DNA of 64,000 bases, from positions 54,810,001-54,874,000 of the forward strand of contig NC_058368.1 in assembly GCF_018350175.1 (NCBI RefSeq), written 5' to 3'. The DNA is from Felis catus (lineage: Eukaryota). Each line of letters starts with the position of its first letter. The stretch's first letter is position 1. The position numbers were made by a program, and so were the translations under genes. Below the pieces are notes generated by a model. That model did not search any database. It had not been told where the DNA came from and was given only the letters and a program-made list of their open reading frames with translations. Below, piece by piece: positions 24,255 to 37,504 of this stretch.

Positions 24255-25983
24255 GAAACTTAACAGGAACCCATGGGGGAGGGGAAGGAAAAAAAAAGAA
24301 AAAAAAAAAGTCAGAGTGGGAGAGAGCCAAAGCATAAGAGACTGTTAAAAACTGAGAACAAACTGAGGGTTGATGGGGGGGTGGGATGGAGGAGAGGGTG
24401 GGTGATGGGTATTGAGGAGGGCACCTTTTGGGATGAGCACTGGGTGTTGTATGGAAACCAATTTGTCAATAAATTTCATATATATAAAAAAAATAAATAA
24501 AAAATAAAAAAAGAAAAATAAAAAAAAGAAAAATAAAAAAAAAGAAATTCCCTTTTCATTGTTGCTGTTGTTTGCAATGTATTAAAAAAAAAACTTTATC
24601 TCCAGATTACGCTTTAACTAATGTTCCAAATGTATTGTTTTCTTTTTCCTATGGATATTGTCTTCTTTGCATGTTGCAGAATAATTTTGCAAGTACCCTA
24701 TATGTAGAAGAGAATACAGATTCTCCACCTATAGATTTCCAGCCTTATAAATCAGTGCTTCCAGGAGAATTCAAACTGCCAGGAACTTCTTTGTCTGTTT
24801 GAGGGTTTTCTCCAAACTTTAGTACTCGTCTACTACATTTACACACTCAAAAAGGCAGGCCAAGAAATACTCACAGCCCCCATCTTAAACCAGAACAGTT
24901 GATGTGTGATGCTCAAGTTAAATAAGCTATATATTTTAAACCATTGTATTTTTAATTTTAATTCCAGTATAGTTAACCTACAGTGTACAATGAAGTGATT
25001 CAGCAATTCAATACATTACTTGGTACTCACCATAAGAGTACTCTTAATCCCCTTCACCTATTTCACTCTCCCTCTCTAACCTTGCCCCTGCCTTAACTCC
25101 TTTTTGTCAACCATCTGCTTGTTCTCTATAGTTAAGAGACTGTTTTCTGATTTGTCTTTTTTTCACCCTCTTCCATTTGTAGTTTTGTTTTGTTTCTTTT
25201 TGGTTGTTGTTTCTTAATGTCCACATATAAGTGAAATCATGATAAGGTATTTGTCTTTTTCTTATTTTGCCTAGTATTGCATTCTCTAGATCCATCCATG
25301 TTGTTGCAAATGGCAAGTTTTAAATGGTTGACAATATTCCATTGTGTATATACATACCACTTCTTTATCCATTCTTCTATCCGTGGACACTTGAGCTACT
25401 TCAATAATTTCGCAATTAGAAATAATACTGCAATAAATGTAGGGAGGGCATATATCATTTTAATTTAGTGTTTTCATATTCCTTGGATAAATACCCATAG
25501 TGTGTTACTGGATCATAGGGTAGTTCTATTTCTAATTTTTTGAGGAAAACAATTTATTGTTTTCCAGAGTGGCTGTACCAGTTTGCATTTCCACCAACAG
25601 TGCAACAAAGTTCCTTTTTCTCCACATTGTCACCAACATTGTTGTTTCTGGTGTTTTTGATTTTAGCCATTCTTGCAGGTGTGAGGTGATATCTCATTGT
25701 GGTTTTGCTTTGTATTTGCCTGGTTATGAGTTATGTTGAGTATTTTTTCATGTTTTTGGTCACATGTATGTCTTCCTGGGAGAAATGTCTGTCTGTTCTT
25801 ATCTTCTGCCTATTTTTTAATTAGATTATTTGTTTCTTAGGTGTTGAGTTGCATACATTCTTTATACATTTTGGATACTAACCTTTTATCTGATATGCAT
25901 TTTCATATATATTCTCCCATTCAGTAGGTTATCTTTTAGTTTTATTTACTGCTTCCTTTGAGGTAAAGATGCTTTTTTATTTT

Positions 25984-26193
25984 GGGGTGCCTTAGTGTCT
26001 TGGTCAGTTGAGTGTCTGATTCTTGATTTTGGCTCACGTCATAATCCCAGGGTTCTGGAATCAAGCCCTGCCTCAGGCTCTGCACTGAGCCTGGAGCCTG
26101 CTAGGATTCTCTCTCCTGCTCTGTCCCTTTCCCCAGTTTGCACTCCTTCTCTCTCTAAAATAAAAAAAAATAATAATAATAATTAAAAAAACA
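25984..26193 (+). mobile_element. Can-SINE inside the old L1
   Basis: GGGGTGCC head; GCTTTTT(T)ATTTT on both sides. Confidence 0.9.
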
Positions 26194-26570
26194 AGCTTTT
26201 TATTTTGATGTAGTCCTGATAGTTTATATGTGCTTTTGTTTCCCTTGCCTCAGGAAATATCTAGAAAAATGTTGTTAGGACTAATATCAGAGAAAATGCT
26301 GCCTGGGCTCTCTTCTAGAATTTGTATGGTTTCAGATCTCACATTTAGGTCTTTCATGAATTGAATTCGTTTTTTGTATAAAAAATACTTTTGTAAGTAC
26401 TTTTGTAAGAAAGTGGTCCAGTTTTATTCTTTTGTGTGTAGCTATCGAGCTTTCTCAAAAGTACTTCTTGAAGAGACTTTTTCCCATTGCATATTTTTGT
26501 CTTCTTTGTTGAAGATTAATTGACCATATAATCATGGGTGTATTTCTAGGCTTTCTATTCTCTTCCATAG

Positions 26571-26612
<42 letters not shown>

Positions 26613-26851
26613 CATACTGTGTTGATTAAAACAGCTTTGTAGCATAGCTTGAAATCTAAAATTGTCATATATCCAGGTTTGTTTTTTTTTAAAGATTACT
26701 TTGGTTATTTGGGGTCTTTTGTGGTTGCATACAGTGTTAGGGTGTTTCGTTCTAGTACTGTGAAAAATTCTGTTGGCATTTTGATAGGCATTTCATTAAA
26801 TCTGTAGATTTCTTTGTATAGTATAGACATTTTAACAATATTTGTTCTTCC

Positions 26852-26913
26852 TTTTTCTTTTTTTTTTATTTTAGAGAGAGTGTGAATGGGGCAAAGGGCA
26901 GAGGGTGGGGGAG

Positions 26914-26961
<48 letters not shown>

Positions 26962-27084
26962 CTTAAACAGACTTCATGCTCAGCACCTAGCCTCACACAG
27001 GGCTCAATCTCACCACTGTGAGATTATGACCTGAGCTGAAATCAAGAGTCAGATGTTCAACCAACTGAGCCACCCAGGCACCCC
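26852..27084 (-). mobile_element. Can-SINE inside the old L1
   Basis: 15-bp TSD AATATTTGTTCTTCC at 26837-26851 / 27085-27099. Confidence 0.94.
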
Positions 27085-28446
27085 AATATTTGTTCTTCCA
27101 ATCAATAAGCATGGAATATCTTTCCATTACTTTGTGTCATCTTCAGTTTGTTTCATCAGTGCTTTATACTTTTCAAAGTACAGGTCTTTCATCTCCTTGA
27201 TTAAGTTTATTTCTAGGTATTTTATTATTCTGGGGGCAATTGTATATTTTTTTCTTAATTTCTCCTTCTGATGCTTCATTATAAGCGTATAGAAATGCAA
27301 TTGATTTCCATATATTGCTTTTGTATACCATGAGCTTACTAAATTCATTTATCAATTCTAGTAGCTCTTTTTGGTGGACTCTTTCAGGTTTTCTAGATAG
27401 AGTATAACGTCATCTGCAAAGAGTGGAAGTTTTACTTCTTTCTTACCAATTTGGATGCCTTTTATTTATTTTGCTGGTTAGGACTTCCAATACTATGTTC
27501 AATAAAAGTGGTGAGAATAGACATCCTTGTCTGGTTCCTGACCTTAGGGGAAAAGCTCTCAGTTTTTCACCACTGAGTATGATGTTAGCTGTAGATTTTT
27601 CACATATAGCCTTTATTATGTTGAGATATGTTCCATCTAAACCTACTTTGTTGAGGGTTTTTATCATGAATGGATGTTGTACTTTGTCAAATGCTATCCT
27701 GCATCTATTGAAATGATTATGTAGTTTTTAACCTTTCTCTTTTTGATGTTATGTGTCACATTGATTGGTTTACAAATATTGAATCACTCTTGCATCCTAT
27801 GAATAAATCCCATTTGATCCTAGTAAATTACTTTAACGTATTGTTGGATTTGGTCTGCTAATATTTCGTTGAGGATTTTTACATCTGTGTTCACCAGAGA
27901 TATTGGCCTGTAGTTCTCTCCTTTCTGTGGTTTCTTTATCTGGTTTTGGTATCATGGTAATGCTAACAACATAGAATGAATTTGAAAGTGTTCCTCTTCT
28001 TCTAGGAATAGTTTAAGAAGAATAAGTATTAACTTTTCTTTAAATGTTTGGTCGAGCTTACCTGTGAAGACTTCTAATCCTGGACTTTTGTTTGTTGGGA
28101 GATGTTTTGTTTTGTTTTGTTATTATTGGGAGTTTTTGATTACTGATTCAATTTCAATGCTGGTATGTTCAAATTATTTATTTCTTCCTGTTTCAGTTTT
28201 GTTAGGTTGTATATTTCTAGGAATTTATCCATTTCTTCTAAATTGTCTAAGTTATTGGCATACAACTTTCGTAATATTCTCTTACAAACCTTTATATTTC
28301 TGTGGTGTAGGTTGTTATTTCTCCTCTTTCATTTCTGAATTGGTTTGTCTTCTCTCTCTTATTTTTTTGATGAGTGGCTAAAGGTTTATCAATCTTGTTG
28401 ATCTTTTTAAGGAATCAGCTCCCTGCTTCATTGATCTGTTTTATTG

Positions 28447-28662
28447 TTGTTGTTGTTGTTTTTAAATGTTTATTTTTGAGAGAGAGAAAAATAGAGCACC
28501 ATCAGGGGAGGGGCAGAGAGAGACGAAGACACAGAACCTGAAGCAGACTCCAGGCTCCAAGCTGTCAGCACAGAGCCCGGCGCAGGGCTCAAACCCATGA
28601 ACTGAGACATCATGACCTGAGCCAAAGTCAGATGTTCAACCGACTGAGTCACCCACGCGCTC
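28447..28662 (-). mobile_element. Can-SINE inside the old L1
   Basis: TSD CTGTTTTATTG at 28436-28446 / 28663-28673. Confidence 0.93.
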
Positions 28663-28887
28663 CTGTTTTATTGCATTTTAAGTTTCTATATCGTTAATTT
28701 CTGCTCTAATTTTATTATTTCCTTCATTCTACTGGTTTGGGGTTTTGTATGCTCTTCTTTTTCTAACTCATTAGATGTAAAGTTAGGTTGTTTGAGATTT
28801 TTCTTGCTTCTTGATGTAAGCCTGTATTGCAATAAGCTTCACTACAAAAACAGTTTTCACTGCATCCTCCAAACTGTGGACTGTTGT

Positions 28888-29121
28888 GGGGCACCTGGGT
28901 GGCTCAGTCGGTGGAGTCAGTCGGTTGAGCGTCTGACTTTGGCTCGGTCATGATTTCATGGTCTGTGAGTTCAAAGCCCCACATCAGGCTCTGTGCTGAC
29001 ATCTCAGAGCCTGAAGCCTGCTTCAGATTCTGTGTTTCCCTCTCTCTCTCTTCCCCTCCCCCACTCATGCTCTGTCTCACTCTCTCTGTCAAAAATGAAC
29101 ATTAAAAAATTTAAAAAAAAA
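28888..29121 (+). mobile_element. Can-SINE inside the old L1
   Basis: TSD TGTGGACTGTTGT at 28875-28887 / 29122-29134; small internal duplication of TCAGTCGGT in the head. Confidence 0.94.
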
Positions 29122-30646
29122 TGTGGACTGTTGTTTTCATTTTCATTTTTCTCCATGTATTTTTTTATTTTTTTGACTGACCCATTCATTGTTTAATAGC
29201 ATGTTATTTAACCTCCATGTATTTGTGTTCTTTCCAGGTTTTTGTCTTCTGCTTATTACAGTTTCATAGCATTTTGGTCAAAAAAGATACATGGTATAAT
29301 TTCAATATTTTTTAATTTTTAAGACTTCTTTTGTGGTCTAATATGTGATTTATTCTGGACAATGTCCCATGTGCACTTGAAAAGAACGTGTATTTTGCTG
29401 TTTTTAAATTAAATGTTCTGAATATATGTTAGATCCATCTGGTCCAATGTGTCATTCAAAGCCACTGTTTCCTGTTCATTTTCTGTCTCAATGATCTGCC
29501 CATTGATGTAAGTAGGTATTAAAGACCCTTACTATTATTGTATCACTATAGATTACCTCCTTTATGTTTATTAACTGATTTATATATTTAGGTGCTTTCA
29601 TGTTGGGTGCATAAATATTTGTGATTGTTATATCTTCTTCTTGGATTGTTCCCATTATGATTATATGGTGTCCTTTGTTACAGTCTTTGTTTTAAAGTCT
29701 ATTTTGTCCAATGTAAGTATTGCTACCATAGCTTTCTTTCACTTCTATTTTGCATGATAAATGCTTTTCCATCCCTTCACTTTCACCTGCATGTGTCTTT
29801 AGGTCCAAAGTGAGTCTCTAGCAGGCAGCATACAGATGGTTCTTTTTTTTTTATGCATTCTGTCACCCTTTTGATTTTAGTGTTAGATTATTCACATTCA
29901 AAGTAATTATTGATAGGTATGTATTTATTGCCATTTTGTTATTTGTTTTATAGCTGTCTTTGTAGTTCTTCTCTGTTCCTTTCTTCCCTTGCTCTCTTCT
30001 CACATGATTAATTGGCTTTCTTGAGTAAGATACTTATTACTCTTTATTTTTTTCATATCTATTACTGTTTTTGATTATCATTTTATTTGTAAATAACTTC
30101 TGCATATACTGGAGAGTCTATAGTCGATGGTCATCTAGTTTAATTTCATTCTTTACTCTTCTCCCCCTACATTTTAGGTATATGGTGTCATACTTTAAAT
30201 CTTTTTTTTATTTTGTGAGTCTCTTGAGTGATTTTTACAGATATACTTATTTTTACTGCTTCCTACTTTTCCTACTCTTACTTATGGGCTTTCCTTTCCA
30301 CTCAAAGAGTCCCTTTCAATATCTCTTGTAGGGCTAGTTATCATGAATTCCTTTAACTTTTGTTTGGGAAACTCTCCTTCTATTCTGAGGGATAGCCTTT
30401 CTGGACAGAGTACTCTTGGCTGCAGATTCCTTTTTTGTTCTTTCAGCACTTTGATGGCATCACACCACTCCCTTCTGGCCCACAAAGTTTCTTCTGGAAA
30501 ATCACCTGACAGACTTATGGGATTTCCCTTGTTTGTAACTGTTTTCTTTTCTCTCGTTGTTTCAAAAATTCTCTCTTTTATCACTATTTTTTTGACATTT
30601 TAGTTATTATTGTCTTGGTGTGAAAATCCTTGGGTTGGGTTTTGGG

Positions 30647-30725
<79 letters not shown>

Positions 30726-32829
30726 AGAAATCACTGTTCCTCTTAGATTTCCTTCTCCAGTTTAGGGAATTTTTCAGCTATTACTTTTTCAAATAAATTT
30801 TATGTCCTTTTTTCTCTTTCTTCTCCCCCTGGAATCCCTATACGCAAATGTTATTATATTTGATGGTGTTGTTAAGTTCCCTAAGTCTATTCACATTTTG
30901 CATATTTCATTTTCCTTTCACCTGTTTAGCTTGATTACTCTCCAATACTCTGTACTTCAGTTTGCCGATTTGTCCTTATGCATCTTCTAATCTGCTATTT
31001 ATTACATCTAGCATATTTTTATTTTATTTTTCAGTGTTTTTTTTTTAATTTCATGTATTGAGTTCTTCACCTCTGATTGGTTCTTTTTTATCTTATTGTC
31101 AAGGGTCTCACTGATGTCCCCCACTCTCTTCTCAAGTCCAGTGAGTATCTTCTTGATAATTATTTTAAATACTCTATTAGGCATATTACTTGTCTCCATT
31201 TCACTCAGGTCTCTTACTGTAATTTCATTCATCCTGTTCATTAATTTGGGACATATTCCTCTGTCTCTTCATTTTGTCTAACCTCTGTGTCTGTTTCTGT
31301 GTGTTAGGAAAGTCAACTACATCTCATGTTTCTGAAAGTAGTGGTCTTATGAAGAAGAGGACCTGTAGTAGCCTGCAGTGCAGTGTCCCATGTTCACCAG
31401 AACCAGGTACTTCAGGGATGTCTCCGGTGTATGTTGCCTGCACCCTGCTGTTGTGGCTGAGCCACTTTTTCCTTCATTCTAGTCATCTGCAGTGGCTCTC
31501 TTTGCCTGTTGTGGGCAAGATTTGGTCCCTGTGATGTTATTGGGCCAGTCTGGGGCCACACTAGCCTTGAGTTGAGTCAGACCAGGAGTTTGCCAGATGC
31601 AGTAAGACTAAACTGTTGGGTACTTTCCCTGTGTTGTCCCCTGAGAAGCTTTTATTGGTGAGCAGAGCCCCTATCCCAACCACCTATCTGCCCTGAGCCC
31701 TCTGCTGGGGCTACTGTCTGACTAGTGTGTGTGGTCACCTTTCCCTTTCCTTGAAGCAGGAGTCACTGGAGTAGTAGTGGTCCCTGTCATGGCTGCCTGC
31801 ACAGTGCCAGGCTTACGGCACTGCTTTAGATCGGCTCTAGGCAAGAGGATATCAGAAAGGGCAAATCCACAACATGCATAGGTGCAGGACTCACAGTGTT
31901 ATCAAGGTTTGCATGCCAGTCCTTTGCAAAAAGGGACCTGTCACTGCAGAGACTGAGGGAGTCAGCTTATTGGGGGCAGATAATCAAAGTGCATGCTGGA
32001 AGGCACAGTCTTAGCAGGGTTTGAGCTGTCTACTGGGTGAAGGGAGCTGCAGTGCACAGACTAAGGCAGGCCTGGTTGGAAGGGGAAGATTCACCCATGT
32101 GTCAGGCGATGGAGGAAGATAATCACAGTGTTAGCAAATTAGGCAGAGTGTGCAAGTTAGGAGTGTGCAAGTTAGCACTGTGCTGGCTCCCACAGGTGGT
32201 GTGCACTTATGCCAGGGGTAAAGAAAGGAAATGGTTCCTCTCAGCTTCTTTGTTCCTACAGAGTCTCCAAATGATCTCTGTCCCTGCAGGACAGCCTCTC
32301 AGATTAGTAAACAAATTTCCACTCTGTATGTCCCAGGCATTTTTCAAACTGCTGTGTTTATGCTCTATGTCCATGAGCTGGTTTTCGTGCTGTCTCTTTA
32401 AAAGCAGGGACTCAGATGCCTCTCACCCTCCTGGCTCTCCTAGAGCTGAGCCCACTAATTCCAGGTTTTAAGTCCTGCTGTTCATAGGAACTCATGAAAT
32501 TTACCCCTCTGGCTTTCAAAGCCAAATGTTATGGGCATTTGTCTTCCCTGTGCAGTCTCTATGGTGTGATAGTCTGTTTCTCTCCCCTCTCAGAGCCTGC
32601 AAGTCCATTTAACTCCCTACTGCTTCTCTGTCTGTCCCACCCTCTTTGATGTGGCTGCTTCTCTACATTTAGTTGTGAAGTATGTTCTGCCAGTCTTTAG
32701 GCCATTTTCTGGGTTATTTACACTGATGTGATGAGTGTTACCTAGCTGTATCTGTAAAATGAGGTGAGCTTAGGGTCCTTGTACTCCATCATCTTCCCAG
32801 ATCTGTTGTTTTAAATCATTTTTAAGTAA

Positions 32830-33020
32830 AACTAGGCTCCAGGCCCCCAAAGCTATAGCTGACCTGAGAGCACATTCATTGTGTTCTCCCATTGGATCTC
32901 TCTCATTGGCTGTTTTCCCATCTCTTACCCTTCCTCACTCTTACATCGGTATTTTCTGTACCTCTCAAATAAAATACTTTAACTGGCATTCTTGTTTTAA
33001 GGTTTATTTCTAGAGGATCT
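32830..33020 (+). mobile_element. LTR16/LTR33-like ERVL LTR 3' part (5' part possibly at ~24740-24930)
   Basis: cattggctgttttccc...cctctcaaataaaatact...ttcttgttttaaggtttatttctagagga resembles the LTR16-type 3' end. Confidence 0.45.
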
Positions 33021-34079
33021 ATTTCTTCTTGATTTCTTTTGCTGAATGCTATTAGAATATTTGCCTTTGATTTTACAAGGATAAATGGATATGGTAAATT
33101 CACTTAACACATCAGAAATACAGCCTGAGGGGTTTGGATAGAAAAAAATGGATGACTGGATATACTATGCAATTTGTCTTGGAGCTCTATGTGGGGTGTG
33201 TATGTATGAAGTCACTTGTTGCCAGTCAGCTTAGCCGATGTCCTCATTAACCAGGTTGGCCCATCCAGATGTAATAGTAGTGCAGTTGAACTCTTCCTGA
33301 TGTTACTTCTCATCAAGCTACAGACAAGATCTTGCAGACTTTCTCTCATTGTTCTAAATTGGTAATGATGACAGCAGTGAAAGGGCATGCTCCCAACATA
33401 TCTCAAATCTCACATCTATCACCTGCCTTTGTTGCCTCTGCATTCGGTGATGATAATGAAGCTTATTTGAGATCCTTTGTAAACATTATGTCTTTCTTCT
33501 AAAAGAATGTTATGATTAAGGCCAGAGAGCCTTCCTGTAATCTTCTCCTGTGTGTGTTTTGCATAGTATAAATTCTTCACAATTTCTGAAATGTGAGCAT
33601 TGACCTTACTTAGTTTTGTGTAACTATATGTAAGGCTTTAAATTTCTTTCACTTATTCTTACTTGGTAAGAATTTCACTGGGAATCTTCAATGGGAATAA
33701 GGAAAGTTATATAATTTGAAAAGCAAAAATGAGAGAGTCCAGAAAAAATAAAAGAAGAAATAAATACATAAAGTGAAAATTCGGAAAATCCTATTACATA
33801 TGAAAAACACGTTGATTGAACCAAATTAATTGTATATCAACATAAAGGGCTGAGGGTAAATCACAGAAATCATTGAATGGAATGGCTAGTAATTTGGGCT
33901 TTGCCTATTGGAGATGAGGAGCTTCAGAAATTTTGGAGGAGAATACTCACATGAAAAGAGCAGTGCTTCCACATAACTCGCTAGCAGATAAGGCTATTTG
34001 GAAATTTGAATTCATATAGGAAATAAATACTGAGATTTAAAAAATAGCCTACTGAAAGAAAAAAAAAACTGTTTCCCCT

Positions 34080-34287
34080 GGGGCACCTGGGTGGCTGGGT
34101 CGGTTGAGCATCCAACTTCGGCTTAGGTCAGGATCTCACAGTTTGGGAGTTGAGCCCCAAGTCGGACTCTGTGCTGACAGCTCAGAGCCTGGAACCTGTT
34201 TCAGATTCTGTGTCTCCCTCTCTGCCCCTTCCCCACGCATGCTCTGTCTCTGTCTCTCAAAATGAATAAATGTTAAAATTTTTTTAT
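34080..34287 (+). mobile_element. Can-SINE
   Basis: GGGGCACCTGGGTGG head; TSD AAAAAAAACTGTTTCCC. Confidence 0.95.
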
Positions 34288-34639
34288 AAAAAAAACTGTT
34301 TCCCTTAATCGAATTCATGACAATAGAAGTGAACATCAAGGAAATTTAAAAAAAAAACAAACAAAACCCACACTTAAGGGATAAAATTTAGGTGAATGGA
34401 ATGTCCTCTTTAACAGATTATCAACCAGAATGATTGGGGATACGGTGGAAATTGGCAGCAAGCTTCCTTTGGTGGCATGTCAGAGAGAGTGATACAGGAA
34501 TTTCTACGGCCCTATGAGAAATAAAACAGGAAGAAATAAATTGGCCAACTGATGGCTGGAAAGGTATCTGGAACTCATTGAGATAAATGCAAACATCTTT
34601 GCAAACGTATTCAGCCATCATTTCAAATCTGAGCCAGCA

Positions 34640-34860
34640 CTTGTGGTGTTTAAGAACACCTAATCCTCTAGTTGCAGCTTACTAGCTGGTCACATAAAAA
34701 TTATTTAACTTTTATGAGCCTCACTTTCCTTATCTTTTAATAGGAGTGACAGAACCTATAGTGTAGGTTTATCATGAAGATTAAAATACAAAAATGCACT
34801 TAAAGCACTTGGAAAAGTACATTACAGCCAGCAAGATCTCAATTCATGATAATACTGATT
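34640..34860 (+). mobile_element. MIR relic
   Basis: ttatttaacttttatgagcctcactttccttatc...atgaagattaaa...aaagcactt MIR core. Confidence 0.7.
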
Positions 34861-35245
34861 AAGTTGACATTGAGGATGAACACAATGAAGATGATGGTGA
34901 TACTGATAATGATGATAAGATTATTTTTTATTTCCTCTTTAGTTAGATAAAATGTTCTATGCAAAATAGGTAAAAAGCCAAATAGTGCTATTTGAGTCAG
35001 AGATAGTACTTTCACTGACCCTTCATGATAATTTCCTTATGAAATTATCTAAGCACATAATAGAATGAAAAAGCCTTTCAATATCAATTTGACAGCTACA
35101 TTTCTTATTCTCAAATGATGAAGGAGTTTTTCCAACTAATACAACACATAACATATACAATCACATAATCATGCTCCAGTAGAGCAAGGTTACAAGCACT
35201 ACATATGCCACAAACTTGTTTAGTAGTGTTGATTATAATTCTTGT

Positions 35246-35287
<42 letters not shown>

Positions 35288-35879
35288 TCAATTATGATTA
35301 ATTTTTTAAAACTGCTTTATTGCATTTAGAATAGCCTTACATGTATTTAAAATATATTTTTTTAAATAACTTCTCTGTATTGGTAATAGCTATTCCTGCA
35401 TCTTACCTTGAATGAGATCATTGACTTTGCTGTCACATTAGAATTTACATCAAAGATTTTCATAGTAGCAATGGTTTTCAGTTCTTTTTAATTAGCAAGT
35501 TTATGAGGATGTAATGGCCCATTATTCTCTACTGATTTGTTTCAAATTCATTCTGACTTTAAAAAGCAGAACTTTTTAAAGTTTATGAACATTATAGATA
35601 GGAACTCCAAGCAGAATATTAATGAGAACTGATAATTAACAAACCAAATAGTTCTCCTTTAAGCTTAAAAATATATTTGGTTAGTGTTATTGTCTTCAAA
35701 GTACATACCAGAATAATGTACTTCATTCATCTCAACTTGCAGAACAGAGTTTTATTTCAGAAAATCATTTTCCTTATCAGATACTCTTTCCAAAAGTTTC
35801 TATCCATTGCTTTCTGGAATCAAAATAATAGCTATTTAGAATTTGTGCATATTCGTGGAAAGGGCATTCTTTTTTAATG

Positions 35880-37504
35880 CAGTTGTCGATATTTTGCTTT
35901 ATTGTGCTTTGGTTTGTTGTGCATTGTGGATATTGAAGGTTTGTGACAATCCCACATTGAACAAGTCTGTTGGTGCCATTTTTCCAACAGTATCTATTCA
36001 CATCATCTCTGTGTGTCACATTTTGGTAATTCTTGCAATACTTCAAGATTTCCTTATTATTATAGTTGTTATGGTGATCCTTGATCAATGATCTTTGATG
36101 TTACTCTTATAATTATTTGGGGGTTCCATAAACCATGCCCATGTAAAAGGGCAAACCCAATTGATAAAATCCTATGTGTTCTGACTGCTCCACCAGCCTG
36201 CTGTAATATAGCTGGTGGCTTGAAGTTAAAGCCAGTGCTCATTAACCATTCTGAAAATTCTAGGGCTCTCAAGAATTATGCTAAATGTATTCTGCCTGTG
36301 CTCTATAAATGGAACAATGAAGCCTGGATGACAGCACACATGTTTACAACATGGTTTACTAAATATTGTAAGCCCACTGTTGTGACTTGCTGCTCGAGGA
36401 GAGAAAAAAAAAGACTGCTTTCAAAATATTGCTGCTCATTGACAATTCACCTGGTCACACAAGAGTCCTAATGAAAACATATAATGAGATTAATTTTGTT
36501 TTCATGCCTGCGAACCCAAAACCCATTCTGCAGTCCATGGACCAAGCAGTAACTTTGACTTTCAAGTCTAATTATTGAAGAAATATATCTCGTAAGGCTA
36601 GAGCTGCCATAGATAGTGACTCCTCAGATAAATCTGCACAAAGTAAATTGAAAACTTTCTGGAAAGTATTTATCATTCTGGATGTCATTATGAGCATTTG
36701 TAATTTAATTTGGGAAGAGGTCAAATATCAACATTTACAGAAGTTTGAAAGAAGTTGAGTCAAACCCTCACGGATGACTTTGAGTGCTTCAAGACTTCTG
36801 TGGAGGAAGTAACTACAGATGTACTAGAAAAAGTAAGAGAACTAGAATTAGAAGTGGAGCCTGAAGATGTGACTGAATTGCTGCAATCTCATGATAAAAT
36901 TTAACAGGTGAAGAGTTGCTTCTTATGGATGAGCAAAGAAAGTGGTTTCTTGAGATGGAATCTATTTCTGGGGAAGATGCTGTGAGATTGTTGAAATGAA
37001 AACAAAGAATTTAGAATTTACATAAACTTAGTTGACAGAATGGCAGCAGGGCTTGAGAAGATTCACTCCGATTCTGAAAGAAATTCTACTGTGAATGAAA
37101 TGCTATTAAACAGCATTGCATGCTACAGAGAAATTATTTGTGAAAGAAGAGTCCAGTGATGAAACTTCATTTTTGTCTTATATTCAAAAATTGCCACAGC
37201 CACTCAAAGTTCAGCAACCACCACCCTGATCAGTCATCAGCCATTAACATGAGGACAAGACCCTCTACCAGCAAAAATATTAGAACTTGCTGAAAGCTCA
37301 GATGATGCTTAGCATTTTCTAGCAACAAAGTATTTTTAATTAAGGTATGTACATTGTTTTTGAGACAGAATGCTACTGCACACTTTATAGACTACAGTAC
37401 AATGCAAACATAACTTTATATACACTGGGAAACCACAAAATTCATTGACTCGCTTTATTGTGGTGCTCTGCAACTGAACCCACAATCTCTCCAAGGAACA
37501 CCTG
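35880..37504 (+). mobile_element. Tigger1 (pogo/Tc1-mariner) DNA transposon, internally deleted
   Basis: Degenerate 5' end CAG...gctttattg; 3' end ...ccaaggaacacCTG followed by TA; DDE-domain remnants [53 protein letters not shown]. Confidence 0.93.
36203..36700 (+). pseudogene. Tigger1 transposase DDE-domain remnant (frameshifted, with stops)
   Basis: ORFs 36088-36471 and 36387-36578 carry consecutive pogo DDE_1 segments in different frames. Confidence 0.88.

Larger units (their letters stand above)
18560..24542 (+). mobile_element. Full-length young feline LINE-1 (L1_Fc-like)
   Basis: CpG-rich 5'UTR, ORF1, ORF2, G-rich 3'UTR and A-rich tail; perfect 15-bp TSD AGAAATTCCCTTTTC at 18545-18559 / 24543-24557. 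Confidence 0.98.
24945..32803 (-). mobile_element. Older near-full-length carnivore L1 with four SINE insertions
   Basis: Minus-strand ORF2 remnants ([39 protein letters not shown]) and ORF1 remnants (30282-31241); 5' end GGGAAGATGATGGAGTAC..GGACCCTAAGCTCACC at ~32800; 3'UTR at ~24950-25250. Confidence 0.93.

Noticed and set aside
32037..32471. 144-aa ORF
   Set aside because: GTG-initiated, lies in an old L1 5'UTR, and is in a different frame from the conserved antisense ATG.
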